From Candidatus Micrarchaeota archaeon (lineage in GTDB: Archaea > Micrarchaeota > Micrarchaeia > Anstonellales > Bilamarchaeaceae): 64,000 nt of DNA. Location of the stretch: positions 2,814-66,813 of the forward strand of contig JAGVWJ010000005.1 of NCBI GenBank assembly GCA_018304385.1, in the 5' to 3' direction. Shown one piece after another: positions 1 to 8,468 of this stretch. The notes below the pieces were generated by a model. It was not told the origin of the DNA. It did not search any database and saw nothing but the letters and a program-made list of their open reading frames with translations. Both the position numbers and the translations under genes were made by a program. Each line of letters starts with the position of its first letter. Positions within the stretch are counted from its first letter, which is position 1.

Positions 1-32
1 AAGTAATTATCTAAATTAAATGAGGTGAAAAA

Positions 33-239
33 ATGCTAGATAAAATTTGGCAATCAATAAAAAGAAACCATTTTGCGCAAATGGCAATATGCTGCGCATT
101 ACCTGTAGTTATTATTCTTGCAATGACATTGATAGGCCTTAATAGTCCATGGCTTTACTCAATAGCGCTTCTGGTCTGCCTTGGCTCACATTTGATTATG
201 ATGTATTTTAACGCCAAGGAGGGAAAAACATGTCATTAG
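33..239 (+). CDS. small integral membrane protein (2 predicted TM helices), unknown function
   Basis: 68-aa ORF. GAGGTGA Shine-Dalgarno-like motif at 22-28, 4 nt before the ATG. Two hydrophobic helices (AICCALPVVIILAMTLIGL, LYSIALLVCLGSHLIMMYF). First gene of a co-oriented metal-type cluster. Confidence 0.4.
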   Translation: MLDKIWQSIKRNHFAQMAICCALPVVIILAMTLIGLNSPWLYSIALLVCLGSHLIMMYFNAKEGKTCH

Positions 240-358
240 AAATTCCGCAAAAATATAACCCATGGTTGGAAAATGGATTCTGGATCATCTTGTTTATATT
301 TTCATATGTAGCAATGATGAAAGTGATGCACCCAGGTTGGACGATATTTGGATTTTAG
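230..358 (+). CDS. candidate 42-aa small membrane protein (below the ORF-track cutoff)
   Basis: ATG at 230 preceded by AAGGAGGG (216-223). Hand translation: MSLEIPQKYNPWLENGFWIILFIFSYVAMMKVMHPGWTIFGF*. One hydrophobic helix. Overlaps the upstream stop by 10 nt. Confidence 0.3.
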   Translation: MSLEIPQKYNPWLENGFWIILFIFSYVAMMKVMHPGWTIFGF

Positions 359-406
359 CGGTTAATACGTATGTTCTGAAAAGATAGAAGAAAATAAAAA
401 AGTATA

Positions 407-1390
407 TTGAGTATGATGGATATGAATACTAAGATATTTGCATTGTTGTTAATCATATTATTTTTCTTTGCATTTGGCTGTTCAGCACCAGTAACCGAAG
501 AACCAGATAAGACTTCAAATAAAACCAATGAAACAATACAGCAAAGGAATGAGACTACCCAACCAAATACAATAACCAAAACGGAGGATAATAAATTAAA
601 TACATCACCAGAATCTACCGTTGATTTTGATAAAATCAGGGAAGAAGTAATCCCTTCAAAAGGAATTAATCTTGGAATAAAATGGCGGGATATTGGCCCA
701 AGAACAGTAAAAAGCGGTGCCTTGAATTTAACAAAATTCGAAATAATAATGAAACGAAATGGAAAAACACTTACTACTGAACAGATGCAGATACTGCAAA
801 ACGGCAGCAACGATTACATTATAATAGATCACGATAATTCGCTTTTTGTATTAGATGTTTTCTGGGCATTTGGTTTGGTAAGCAAAAATCCTGTATTGGA
901 AAGCAGCCCAATGACTGAGAATATGGATTTCATTCCTAGATTTGCAAGCACTGGTGGCTGGCCTGTTGGTAACGTAGGTGGGGGGGAATTATTTGCCAGT
1001 AAAAAATTAGTTACATTAACTGACGCGCAGCAGAAAATTGTTGAAGAAGTTGCAGCGAATACCTATAGACCATGTTGCAATAATCCAACTTCTTTTCCAG
1101 ATTGCAACCATGGTATGGCTGCGCTTGGTTTGGCAGAATGGATGGCTTATCAGAATGCAACCAAAGAAGAGATTTATGAAGCGCTGCTGGCTGCAAATAG
1201 CTATTGGTTTCCACAAACATATCTGGAAACTGCCGTGTATTTTGAACTTCAGAATAAGAGCTGGAATGACATTGATCCAAAAGAAATACTTTCTGCTAAT
1301 TACTCGAGCGCGACAGGATATTATAATACTAAACAAAAAATAAAGGACGTTCCGCAGCTCAGCACAATAAGTGGAAGCTGTGGGGCATAA
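407..1390 (+). CDS. secreted Cys-rich lipoprotein, possible metal-binding protein
   Basis: Signal peptide plus lipobox (LFFFAFGC|S), then a T/N/E-rich linker. Cys/His motif RPCCNNPTSFPDCNHGMAALG. The track start at 407 is TTG; the ATGs at 413/416/422 are more likely starts. Confidence 0.55.
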   Translation: MSMMDMNTKIFALLLIILFFFAFGCSAPVTEEPDKTSNKTNETIQQRNETTQPNTITKTEDNKLNTSPESTVDFDKIREEVIPSKGINLGIKWRDIGPRTVKSGALNLTKFEIIMKRNGKTLTTEQMQILQNGSNDYIIIDHDNSLFVLDVFWAFGLVSKNPVLESSPMTENMDFIPRFASTGGWPVGNVGGGELFASKKLVTLTDAQQKIVEEVAANTYRPCCNNPTSFPDCNHGMAALGLAEWMAYQNATKEEIYEALLAANSYWFPQTYLETAVYFELQNKSWNDIDPKEILSANYSSATGYYNTKQKIKDVPQLSTISGSCGA

Positions 1391-1402
1391 AATGGTATCG
1401 GT

Positions 1403-2020
1403 ATGAATAAGCTATCTCTTCCTTTTATTTTTTACATGTTAATTACGGGTGCATTGGTGTTTCTTATTTTTATTACTCCGTATTTGGCATTCCTGAAAAA
1501 TCAGTTCGCAAATTTTTTATACGATGATGTTTTTTCATACATCTGCCATCAGAAGATATCAAGATCACTATGCTTGTTTAAGGATGATGCAGGATACCAT
1601 GTTGAAGATTGTTTACCTCAAACTGGTGCTTATAGGAATGATCTGCGCTCTGAAAAATCTGCACTTCACGATGGTCTTTTGGGATATAAGTTTCCAGTAA
1701 GCGCAAGGGACATGCTTATCTATGTTGGAATGTTTACTGGCGGTATTGCCTTGTTTATAACAAACAGGGCCAACTCTAGAACTGTGCCGCATGCGATATT
1801 TTTCATTCTTGCCCTAGTACCTATTGGCATAGACGGGATAACACAATCAGTTTTAGAATGGCGTGAAAGCACAAATTTGATAAGGGCAGCAACTGGATTT
1901 ATTGCTGGATTTGCAACAGGCATTTATGCGCCTCTGATACTCAATCATAAGTTTCTTAAATGCCAGGAGGCTCCGCCCCCTAGCGCAACCCCCCGAAACG
2001 CTGAGGCGAGGAAAAAATGA
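1403..2020 (+). CDS. DUF2085-like multi-pass membrane protein
   Basis: Several TM helices. ICHQKISRS motif resembles the CHQ signature I associate with DUF2085. Co-oriented, with a 12-nt gap from the upstream gene. Confidence 0.5.
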   Translation: MNKLSLPFIFYMLITGALVFLIFITPYLAFLKNQFANFLYDDVFSYICHQKISRSLCLFKDDAGYHVEDCLPQTGAYRNDLRSEKSALHDGLLGYKFPVSARDMLIYVGMFTGGIALFITNRANSRTVPHAIFFILALVPIGIDGITQSVLEWRESTNLIRAATGFIAGFATGIYAPLILNHKFLKCQEAPPPSATPRNAEARKK

Positions 2021-2574
2021 AACTGAATTGGCTTTATAAAAATCCAATTAATGCAGGTATGCTGGGAGCACTAGCGCTTTTGTTATTTTATTTTATTATT
2101 TTAACAATAGCTAATTCACCTTCGCACGCAGTGCAGCAATTTTTAGATATGTGGTATTGGGTTGTCACGCTAGCTATAGGGTTTGGAATACAGATTGGAT
2201 TATACGTGCATATAACCAATACAAAACATCAACTAAGTAAAGGTGCAACTGCCAGTGTCGCGACATCAGGTGGCATGTCAACTGTTTCAATGGCAGCATG
2301 CTGTGCCCATCATTTAACAGATGTACTGCCTCTATTAGGCTTGGCAGCTGCAGCAACATTTCTAGTAAAATACCAAACGCTTTTTCTTTTGATAGGTGTT
2401 GTGTCAAATTTAATTGGAATTACAATGATGCTAAAAATAATAAAAAAAGAAAAACTAAGTGGCAACTGCAGTATCCTGAAAAAAATCACAAAATATGATA
2501 TGAATGCATTATTCAAATTAGTTCTTGCAATTGGTGCAGGTATAATTTTTGGTTATTGGTTGATAATGCTATAA
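2017..2574 (+). CDS. membrane protein with intramembrane AACCAHH motif (putative metal-handling)
   Basis: 185-aa ORF with an ATGA overlap onto the upstream gene. Four or five hydrophobic helices. The CC-x-HH cluster lies inside a helix (MAACCAHHLTDVLP). Confidence 0.5.
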   Translation: MKLNWLYKNPINAGMLGALALLLFYFIILTIANSPSHAVQQFLDMWYWVVTLAIGFGIQIGLYVHITNTKHQLSKGATASVATSGGMSTVSMAACCAHHLTDVLPLLGLAAAATFLVKYQTLFLLIGVVSNLIGITMMLKIIKKEKLSGNCSILKKITKYDMNALFKLVLAIGAGIIFGYWLIML

Positions 2575-2602
2575 ATAACCAAAAAAAAATATCTTTATAA
2601 AT

Positions 2603-2614
2603 ATATTCGAATAT
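2603..2614. promoter_or_regulatory. perfect 12-bp palindrome ATATTCGAATAT in the ArsR-family gene promoter (candidate operator)
   Basis: Read directly from the sequence. It lies 11 nt upstream of the ArsR ATG (2625) and abuts a TTTATAAATAT TATA-like box (2594-2604). ArsR/SmtB repressors typically autoregulate through inverted repeats. Confidence 0.35.
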
Positions 2615-2624
2615 TCTAATATAT

Positions 2625-2939
2625 ATGAAAAAGGAATTATACCAGATGCATGCCGATATGTGCAAGGTGTTTTCTAATTGCGTTAGATTGGAAATTTTAA
2701 ATCTTTTGAGAGAAGGTGAACTAACAGTATCTAAACTCGTAGATAAAAGTGGCCTGACACAAGTAAATATATCCCAACATCTTTCAATAATGAAAAGCAA
2801 GGGCATGGTAACATCAAAAAGAAAAGGTTTAAACATATACTACAAACTTTCCAATCCTAAGATCATAAAGGCATTTGATATTATTCGCGAAGTGTTAAGT
2901 GAAAGATTAACGGAAAATAAAAAATTACTGGGGAAGTGA
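2625..2939 (+). CDS. ArsR/SmtB-family metalloregulatory transcription factor
   Basis: Winged-HTH core: RLEILNLLREGELTVSKLVDKSGLTQVNISQHLSIMKSKGMVTSKRKGLNIYYKL. Confidence 0.85.
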   Translation: MKKELYQMHADMCKVFSNCVRLEILNLLREGELTVSKLVDKSGLTQVNISQHLSIMKSKGMVTSKRKGLNIYYKLSNPKIIKAFDIIREVLSERLTENKKLLGK

Positions 2940-3466
2940 TGAGGATGAATAAGCTATTAGTGCTATTAATTTTATTCGGGATATTTGGAGTGGCTTCAGC
3001 TGATGGAGATGCCTTTGAAGAAGGAAAAGGGTTGGTTGACTCTAATATAAGCTGTGATCAGCTTACAGAACATCAATTGGAGGAAATCGGTGAGTACATC
3101 ATGGAGCAAATGCACTCTGGCACAAGCCATGAGGCAATGCATGAGATGATGGGATTTAAGGAAGGCGATCCAGAGGAAGAAAAGTTTCACGTTAATCTTG
3201 CAAAAACCATGTATTGCTGGGATAATAAATCTGGTGGGATGATGGGAAGCGGAATGATGAGCAGAGGGATGAAAAGTAACATGATGCAAAATATGACGGG
3301 CATTGGTTCAGCTGGAACACCTTATGGAATGATGGGATATTATAACACCGCAAACATCTTTGGATGGGATGTTTTTCATATTCTGCTGCTGGTTCTTTTA
3401 ATCGGATTGATTATTTTAGTGTACCTTAACATATTGACTAAACTAAAAGAAGGCAAAAAGAGATGA
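2939..3466 (+). CDS. secreted, C-terminally anchored Met/His-rich protein (putative Cu/metal binding)
   Basis: Signal peptide (LLVLLILFGIFGVASA). Met-rich tracts (MMGSGMMSRGMKSNMMQNM, HEAMHEMMG). C-terminal TM helix. ATG overlaps the ArsR stop (GTGATGA). Confidence 0.6.
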   Translation: MRMNKLLVLLILFGIFGVASADGDAFEEGKGLVDSNISCDQLTEHQLEEIGEYIMEQMHSGTSHEAMHEMMGFKEGDPEEEKFHVNLAKTMYCWDNKSGGMMGSGMMSRGMKSNMMQNMTGIGSAGTPYGMMGYYNTANIFGWDVFHILLLVLLIGLIILVYLNILTKLKEGKKR

Positions 3467-3795
3467 AGAAAATGAGAATTGGCCTTATACTAAATACCAG
3501 TGATCCGGAAACAGTCTGGAATGTATTTAGATTAGCGCTTGCTGCTGTTGAAAAAAAGCATAACGTAAAGGTCTTCTTGTTAGGTAACGGCGTTGAGGTT
3601 GACCAGATTTACAATCCAGAATTCAACGTAGAGAAAGAGACGACTCTCTTTAAAGAAAAGGGTGGTGAGATTCTTGCCTGCGGAACCTGTCTATATTTCA
3701 GAGGCAAAGGTAAAAGCAATGTTTGCCCTATCTCATCTATGGATGAATTAGTTAAGATTATTGAGGAATCTGATAAAATAATTAACTTTGGGTGA
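3463..3795 (+). CDS. DsrE/DsrF-like family protein
   Basis: 110 aa. Pattern MRIGLILNTSDPE...FLLGNGVEV...ACGTCL matches the small DsrE-fold proteins. ATGA overlap with the upstream gene. Confidence 0.5.
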   Translation: MKKMRIGLILNTSDPETVWNVFRLALAAVEKKHNVKVFLLGNGVEVDQIYNPEFNVEKETTLFKEKGGEILACGTCLYFRGKGKSNVCPISSMDELVKIIEESDKIINFG

Positions 3796-3799
3796 TCAA

Positions 3800-4189
3800 A
3801 TGAACATGGAGGATTTTGCTTACATTGTTGAAACTAAAAAAGGTTTTAATGACGCAATAGTTTCTGTACTTAAGGCAGTTGATCAAAGAGGCTGGGTACT
3901 ATTTAACGTATATGATATAAAAGAAAGGCTGGCGGCAAAGGGATTTGACCAACCGCCATTAAAAATAATCGAGATCTGCTCAGGAAAATATGCCAATCGC
4001 TTTCTTAATAAAAACAGATTAGTGTCACTATGCATGCCATGCAAGATAAATGTTCTCGAAGAAAAAGGAAAAGTAAAAATCATTGGCATGAAGCCAAGCA
4101 TGATCCCTGAATTTTTCCCAGAAGTTACAAAAGAAGAGGTTGAAGATGTTGAAAAAGAAGTTAAGGAGATCATCGATAATGCCAAGTGA
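3800..4189 (+). CDS. DUF302 domain protein
   Basis: Core FDQPPLKIIEICSGKYANRFL...LCMPCKINVLEEKGKVKI resembles DUF302. ATG at 3800 follows the upstream stop (3793-3795); the track start at 3788 is TTG. Confidence 0.55.
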   Translation: MNMEDFAYIVETKKGFNDAIVSVLKAVDQRGWVLFNVYDIKERLAAKGFDQPPLKIIEICSGKYANRFLNKNRLVSLCMPCKINVLEEKGKVKIIGMKPSMIPEFFPEVTKEEVEDVEKEVKEIIDNAK

Positions 4190-4814
4190 AAGAAAAGGAA
4201 AAGTCAAAAGAAATCCTATAGTAGAAAAATTCATTAGGTTTTGCGCAAGTGAATTCGGACGAAAGGTAATGGAAACAGAAGCAGAATATCTGCGAAAAGA
4301 ACTTGCCAACAGAAGAAAAATTTTAGAGATTGGTTGTGGAATAGGTGCGTTTGCAGAGAGACTTGCTGACCTAAACATCACTGGATTGGATGAATCAGAG
4401 GCAATGCTACAAGAAGCTAAAAAGAAAAGCAATAAAAAATTCGTTCGTGGCAGCGCCTATGATTTACCTTTCTCAGACCGTTCTTTTGATGCGGTTTTCC
4501 TTGTCACAACACTTGAATTTTTGGATAATTATAAAAAAGCGATGGAAGAGGTCGTTCGCGTATTGGAAAAAGGTGGCAAGCTTATTGTTATGATGCTAAA
4601 CTCAGAATCAGAATATTTCAAAGCGCATTCACAAAAACCTGATGATTATTTTAGGAGAATACGACACACAAATTCTGAAGAGATTGAGCAATTTGCCTCG
4701 AGATTTTTTGAATTAAGAGGAGAGTATTTTTTAGGTATTCGTGGTGAAGAAATATTCGATACCACTGATACGCAGTTTGCTGCGTTATATATAATAAAAG
4801 GGATAAAAAAATAA
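4179..4814 (+). CDS. class I SAM-dependent methyltransferase
   Basis: Motif I ILEIGCGIGAFAERL and post-I LDESEAML. AAGGAG at 4164-4169 precedes the ATG at 4179. The longer track ORF (4140) overlaps the DUF302 gene. Confidence 0.75.
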   Translation: MPSERKGKVKRNPIVEKFIRFCASEFGRKVMETEAEYLRKELANRRKILEIGCGIGAFAERLADLNITGLDESEAMLQEAKKKSNKKFVRGSAYDLPFSDRSFDAVFLVTTLEFLDNYKKAMEEVVRVLEKGGKLIVMMLNSESEYFKAHSQKPDDYFRRIRHTNSEEIEQFASRFFELRGEYFLGIRGEEIFDTTDTQFAALYIIKGIKK

Positions 4815-4819
4815 ACCAA

Positions 4820-5737
4820 TTATTGAACATCCTGAATTTTCGTAATTGCTGTTACAAACTGTCCACAATTGCTTCCTATCTGATTTTCTTCAAGCTCGCC
4901 AATGCTTACAATTACATCAAAACCAAGCGAGCGAAGATCTTCTACTAGTTTATCGATTGAATTTTCATTCTCTGAATCTAATGCAGAAATAAGATTATTA
5001 TCAGTTGCTTTCTTCGTAGGGTTTAAAGGAGTAATCTTAACTAAAAATTTATTAGAATCAAAATATTCATCAATTACTTTTGGTTCAACTGGATAATCTT
5101 TCATAAGTGCGAAATTCAGTGTTATTTTTCTATCGCCTTCAACAAAAAATTTTTCTCCATACTCGCTAATCTGCTCAAAGCTCCATTTTTTAATTGGAAT
5201 TAACTTGTCGCGCTTTTCGAAGTCAGTTGTATGAATAGAAAACTGCATTTGAAATTTACCATGTTTATAATATTTGTTCTTAATTTCCAATAAACGCGCA
5301 AAAAAATCATCCCTACCTTCTGGCGCAATGGTTGAAACTGATGGAATTAGACCAGGCGCATTATACTGCGCTGGCAATTCTTCTAGTACATCAAGCACTG
5401 CATTGTTATACGCTGGCTCACCCATCCTGGTAAACTGCACCTTAAACTTGTCTGTTGGGATCTTTCTATCTGGGAACCTTCTGCTAACAATATGATCTAC
5501 CTGTGCAAGTATCTCTTCCTTTGAAAGATTGCCCCCAAACTGCTGTCCTGCATCGCACATTAAACATTTCACTGGACAACCATGCATTACCGAAAGTACA
5601 AGCACCCATTTTTTTTCTATTGGCAAATTCGGCTGGAAGGATTCTACGAATTCTATTAATTTGCCGCTTTTTGTACGCGCAATGAAAACTGTTGCGATAT
5701 TTTCTTTTCCATAATTTTGGATCACTTCGATTGACAT
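4820..5737 (-). CDS. radical SAM enzyme (RlmN/Cfr-like layout), substrate unknown
   Basis: CX3CX2C cluster in MHGCPVKCLMCDAG, followed by NLSKEEILAQV as in RlmN-type enzymes. Last gene of a 3-gene overlapping operon. Confidence 0.6.
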   Translation of the reverse strand: MSIEVIQNYGKENIATVFIARTKSGKLIEFVESFQPNLPIEKKWVLVLSVMHGCPVKCLMCDAGQQFGGNLSKEEILAQVDHIVSRRFPDRKIPTDKFKVQFTRMGEPAYNNAVLDVLEELPAQYNAPGLIPSVSTIAPEGRDDFFARLLEIKNKYYKHGKFQMQFSIHTTDFEKRDKLIPIKKWSFEQISEYGEKFFVEGDRKITLNFALMKDYPVEPKVIDEYFDSNKFLVKITPLNPTKKATDNNLISALDSENENSIDKLVEDLRSLGFDVIVSIGELEENQIGSNCGQFVTAITKIQDVQ

Positions 5738-6555
5738 GATAGAAACCTCCCTACTTTAATGGCGGTATTCAACCCATCACCAACTGCAATGGCAGTATGC
5801 CTGAAGTTTTGTAATTTAATGTCGCCAGCAAGAAAAATCCCTAATTTTTCCAAAGCGTCTGAATCATTTGCTAATAAATCCTGCCAGCTTTTGCTAATAA
5901 AGGGCAATTTTTTCTCTCTGCCAATTGCTACCAACGTATGATCAGAAGGAATTGAATCGAACTTACCAAATTTATATATTTTTATATTCTGCTTCTTTAG
6001 TGCGCGCTTATACAAAATGGGGATACATTTTGTTTTATTTTTAATGAATAGATTGACTTGTCTTGCAGCATTGGCTACGTTAATTGCGTAGTCAAATGCA
6101 ATATCACCACTGCCGATTATATTAATTGTTTTTCCTTCAACATCCGAAAGTTGATCCAAGTCATAAAACAATTTTCTCTTACTTAAATTTACTTCTCCAT
6201 TTAATTTTTTTGGAATAGAACCGCTTGCGATTATTATAGTTTTAGAACAAAAGGTTTTATGATTTGTTTTTATAAAAAAGGTGCTAGCTCTATTATCTAT
6301 GGATTTAACTTCCAGAAATTGCGGCTTTATATTATGCACTTCTAACTGCTTTTGGAATAACCTAACTAAATCAGCTCCAAAAATGCCGGCAGGGAAACCT
6401 GGATAATTCTCTATAAGACTAGCGTTATTTAACAACCCACCTACCTTCTTTCTCTCCAATAAAATTATGTTAGTACCTGCGCGCTTTAATTGAATGGCTG
6501 CTGCTATACCTGCTGGACCAGCTCCGATTATAATCACATCATACATTTTTATCAC
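5722..6555 (-). CDS. FAD-dependent pyridine nucleotide-disulfide oxidoreductase (thioredoxin-reductase-like)
   Basis: N-terminal dinucleotide fold YDVIIIGAGPAGIAAAIQL and a second GSGDIA site. No obvious CxxC redox pair seen. Confidence 0.7.
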   Translation of the reverse strand: MIKMYDVIIIGAGPAGIAAAIQLKRAGTNIILLERKKVGGLLNNASLIENYPGFPAGIFGADLVRLFQKQLEVHNIKPQFLEVKSIDNRASTFFIKTNHKTFCSKTIIIASGSIPKKLNGEVNLSKRKLFYDLDQLSDVEGKTINIIGSGDIAFDYAINVANAARQVNLFIKNKTKCIPILYKRALKKQNIKIYKFGKFDSIPSDHTLVAIGREKKLPFISKSWQDLLANDSDALEKLGIFLAGDIKLQNFRHTAIAVGDGLNTAIKVGRFLSCQSK

Positions 6556-7205
6556 TCGAAAAGGGCAATTGTTTGGTTAGTAGTTACAGGGTAAACAAAG
6601 CCATGAGAAAGCGCTAATATACTTGCTAAATGTAGTTCTTCATTATATGTCGCAGTTGCATCCATTACAAAATATACATTAAAACCACGCAAAAAGGCCT
6701 CACGCGCAGTAGTATCACAGCATAGGTGTGTCATCACCCCTGTTAATACTATCTTCTCAATATTATTTTCTCTTAGAATTCTCTCCAAATTGGTTCCATA
6801 AAAGGCACTATAGCTGCTCTTGCGAATTACCTTGTCATCTCTAGATCTCTTTAATGCTAATTTAGAATAAAATGTTCCTTCAAGCACAGCGTCTGCCCAC
6901 CATTTTTCCATCATACCAGTATCTTCGCCTTCAGCTAGCGCATAACGCGTAAAAATAATAGGTAGACCCAAACTTCTAAACATCTTAATTAGTTTTTTAA
7001 TGTTTTGAATGATAGCTTTCCCAGCAGGCACAAATGCATGTGATTTTTCATTCAAGAAAAAGTTCTGCATGTCTATTACTAAAAGAGCGCAGCTACGTTT
7101 TGTAACTCTAGGTGGCAGCCTTAATCTACTGTGTTTTCTTATTTTTCCGAGCCATTCTTCACATTTCTTTTCCAGCCCGCCACGTAAGTAGTTGGTTTTT
7201 TCCAT
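6552..7205 (-). CDS. isochorismatase-family cysteine hydrolase
   Basis: ALLVIDMQNFF and LTGVMTHLCCDTTAREA motifs. The likely start MEKTNY at 7205 avoids the low-quality N-extension to 7256. Confidence 0.8.
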   Translation of the reverse strand: MEKTNYLRGGLEKKCEEWLGKIRKHSRLRLPPRVTKRSCALLVIDMQNFFLNEKSHAFVPAGKAIIQNIKKLIKMFRSLGLPIIFTRYALAEGEDTGMMEKWWADAVLEGTFYSKLALKRSRDDKVIRKSSYSAFYGTNLERILRENNIEKIVLTGVMTHLCCDTTAREAFLRGFNVYFVMDATATYNEELHLASILALSHGFVYPVTTNQTIALFE

Positions 7206-7266
7206 ATACACATAAAAGGAAGTAGTATTTTTAATCCTAAGTGAAAAAAAATTCACAATAGATGTT

Positions 7267-7665
7267 TTACTTTTTGCAAGCCAAGCAAGGCTCCAGATTG
7301 TTAGATGGTATTTTTACTCTATCTAACCCTCTTTTCTTCATTATCTTGCAGACCTTTCTAAAAGAGCAGCCAGAGCAAACAAAATTCTCAATCAAGAAGA
7401 ATAATGGAGGAACAATTTGCTCATTGGCATAGTAAGTCCTTTCCTTGCCTTTTTTCTTAAAGGATATTAAATTAACCTTTAATAAAGTGGCTAAATTATG
7501 AGATACCAGCGTCCTTTCATAATTTAAGTCTTTTACTATTTCAGTTACATTCTTTTCTTTTTGTAATAGAGATTGTAGAACAGCAATTCTAATTGGGTTT
7601 GCAAGTGTTGAAAAAAACTGCATACAAAATCTTTCGTACTTAACCATGAAGGATATATACTTCAC
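7267..7665 (-). CDS. ArsR-like winged-helix regulator with C-terminal Cys cluster
   Basis: LANPIRIAVLQSLLQKEKNVTEIVKDLNYERTLVSHNLATLLKVNLISFKKKGKERTYY, plus CSGCSF...C..C at the C-terminus. The start may be internal (M7 or M15). Confidence 0.65.
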   Translation of the reverse strand: MKYISFMVKYERFCMQFFSTLANPIRIAVLQSLLQKEKNVTEIVKDLNYERTLVSHNLATLLKVNLISFKKKGKERTYYANEQIVPPLFFLIENFVCSGCSFRKVCKIMKKRGLDRVKIPSNNLEPCLACKK

Positions 7666-7728
7666 ATAAATTTAAAAATAGAGACAAGAAACTAAAAAAT
7701 AGAAAAAGAAAAAAGAAAAAAAGAAGAT

Positions 7729-8163
7729 TTATCTTCTTTTTCCACCACTTGCTTTCATTGCTGGTGGTAGGTTTAATTCATTACCCATACCTTCTTCTTG
7801 ACCAGATGCCATTTGGTATACTGATATTAACGCAACGACCAATGCTGCTGGTGCAACAAATACTGCTAATGCAGCCAAGAAGCCGGTTATTGCTGGAGCA
7901 ACTGATGCCAACGACTCTACTTGTAATAATGGAGTCAAAGCACTTGATACTCCTAATAATGCGATAGCAGCTACCAAGAAACCAACTGCTTCTTTTGGAC
8001 TTATGTTCATAAATCCAACCAATAACCCTAACAATGCTAGAACTGCATATATGCCTGCAACATTTTCTTGTACAACAGCAACACTACCTGCTAAAAGTCC
8101 TACGACTAGTGCTAGCAAAACTCCTACTAGAAACAATATTTCTCCTAATTTTGATTCACCCAT
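7729..8163 (-). CDS. Ala/Leu/Val-rich integral membrane protein
   Basis: 144-aa ORF with four hydrophobic helices and no recognisable motif. Confidence 0.5.
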   Translation of the reverse strand: MGESKLGEILFLVGVLLALVVGLLAGSVAVVQENVAGIYAVLALLGLLVGFMNISPKEAVGFLVAAIALLGVSSALTPLLQVESLASVAPAITGFLAALAVFVAPAALVVALISVYQMASGQEEGMGNELNLPPAMKASGGKRR

Positions 8164-8371
8164 TCACATCACCCTGATAGCCATAGCCTTTTGGCTGAAA
8201 CTCATCTTGGAGCTTCTAGCTATCTTTTTTTATCGGGAGGACACCCGAGTTAAAGGAAAAAGAAACAAAATGTTTATAAATACAGTAGTCGAATTTACGG
8301 CGATAGTCTAATTTTTAGCTGTTTTTGAATATGAAATTATAGAAGGAAACACAAATAGACTCACTGCAATG

Positions 8372-8425
8372 CAACACAGTCTAGCTCCTGAGGAAATTAT
8401 TTTGCTTATGAGCTAGACTGTGTTG
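8372..8425. terminator. perfect 16-bp-stem hairpin downstream of the 8469-9335 gene
   Basis: CAACACAGTCTAGCTC (8372-8387) pairs with GAGCTAGACTGTGTTG (8410-8425) around a 22-nt loop. Read directly from the sequence. Confidence 0.4.
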
Positions 8426-8458
8426 TGAGCCTTGGGCCATGGGCATTGGGCATTGAGC
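8424..8458 (+). repeat. GC-rich heptanucleotide array, 5 units (tgtgagc cttgggc catgggc attgggc attgagc)
   Basis: Strict 7-nt period, consensus NNTGRGC. Member of a 4-site family (see 34341, 35114, 41499). Confidence 0.8.
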
Positions 8459-8468
8459 CATGAAAAAA

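Noticed and set aside
355-1343. Several 89-151-aa ORFs on both strands inside the lipoprotein gene (355-810, 1011-1280, 1016-1336, 1038-1343)
   Set aside because: They overlap a better-supported gene that has a signal peptide and lipobox. Their translations are low-complexity with no motifs.
7694-7714. 21-nt A-rich string AAAAAATAGAAAAAGAAAAAA shared with 16806-16826, considered as a dispersed repeat
   Set aside because: Both copies lie just downstream of minus-strand stop codons, where they read as oligo-T tracts, the usual archaeal termination signal. Identity of such low-complexity strings is weak evidence for a repeat family.
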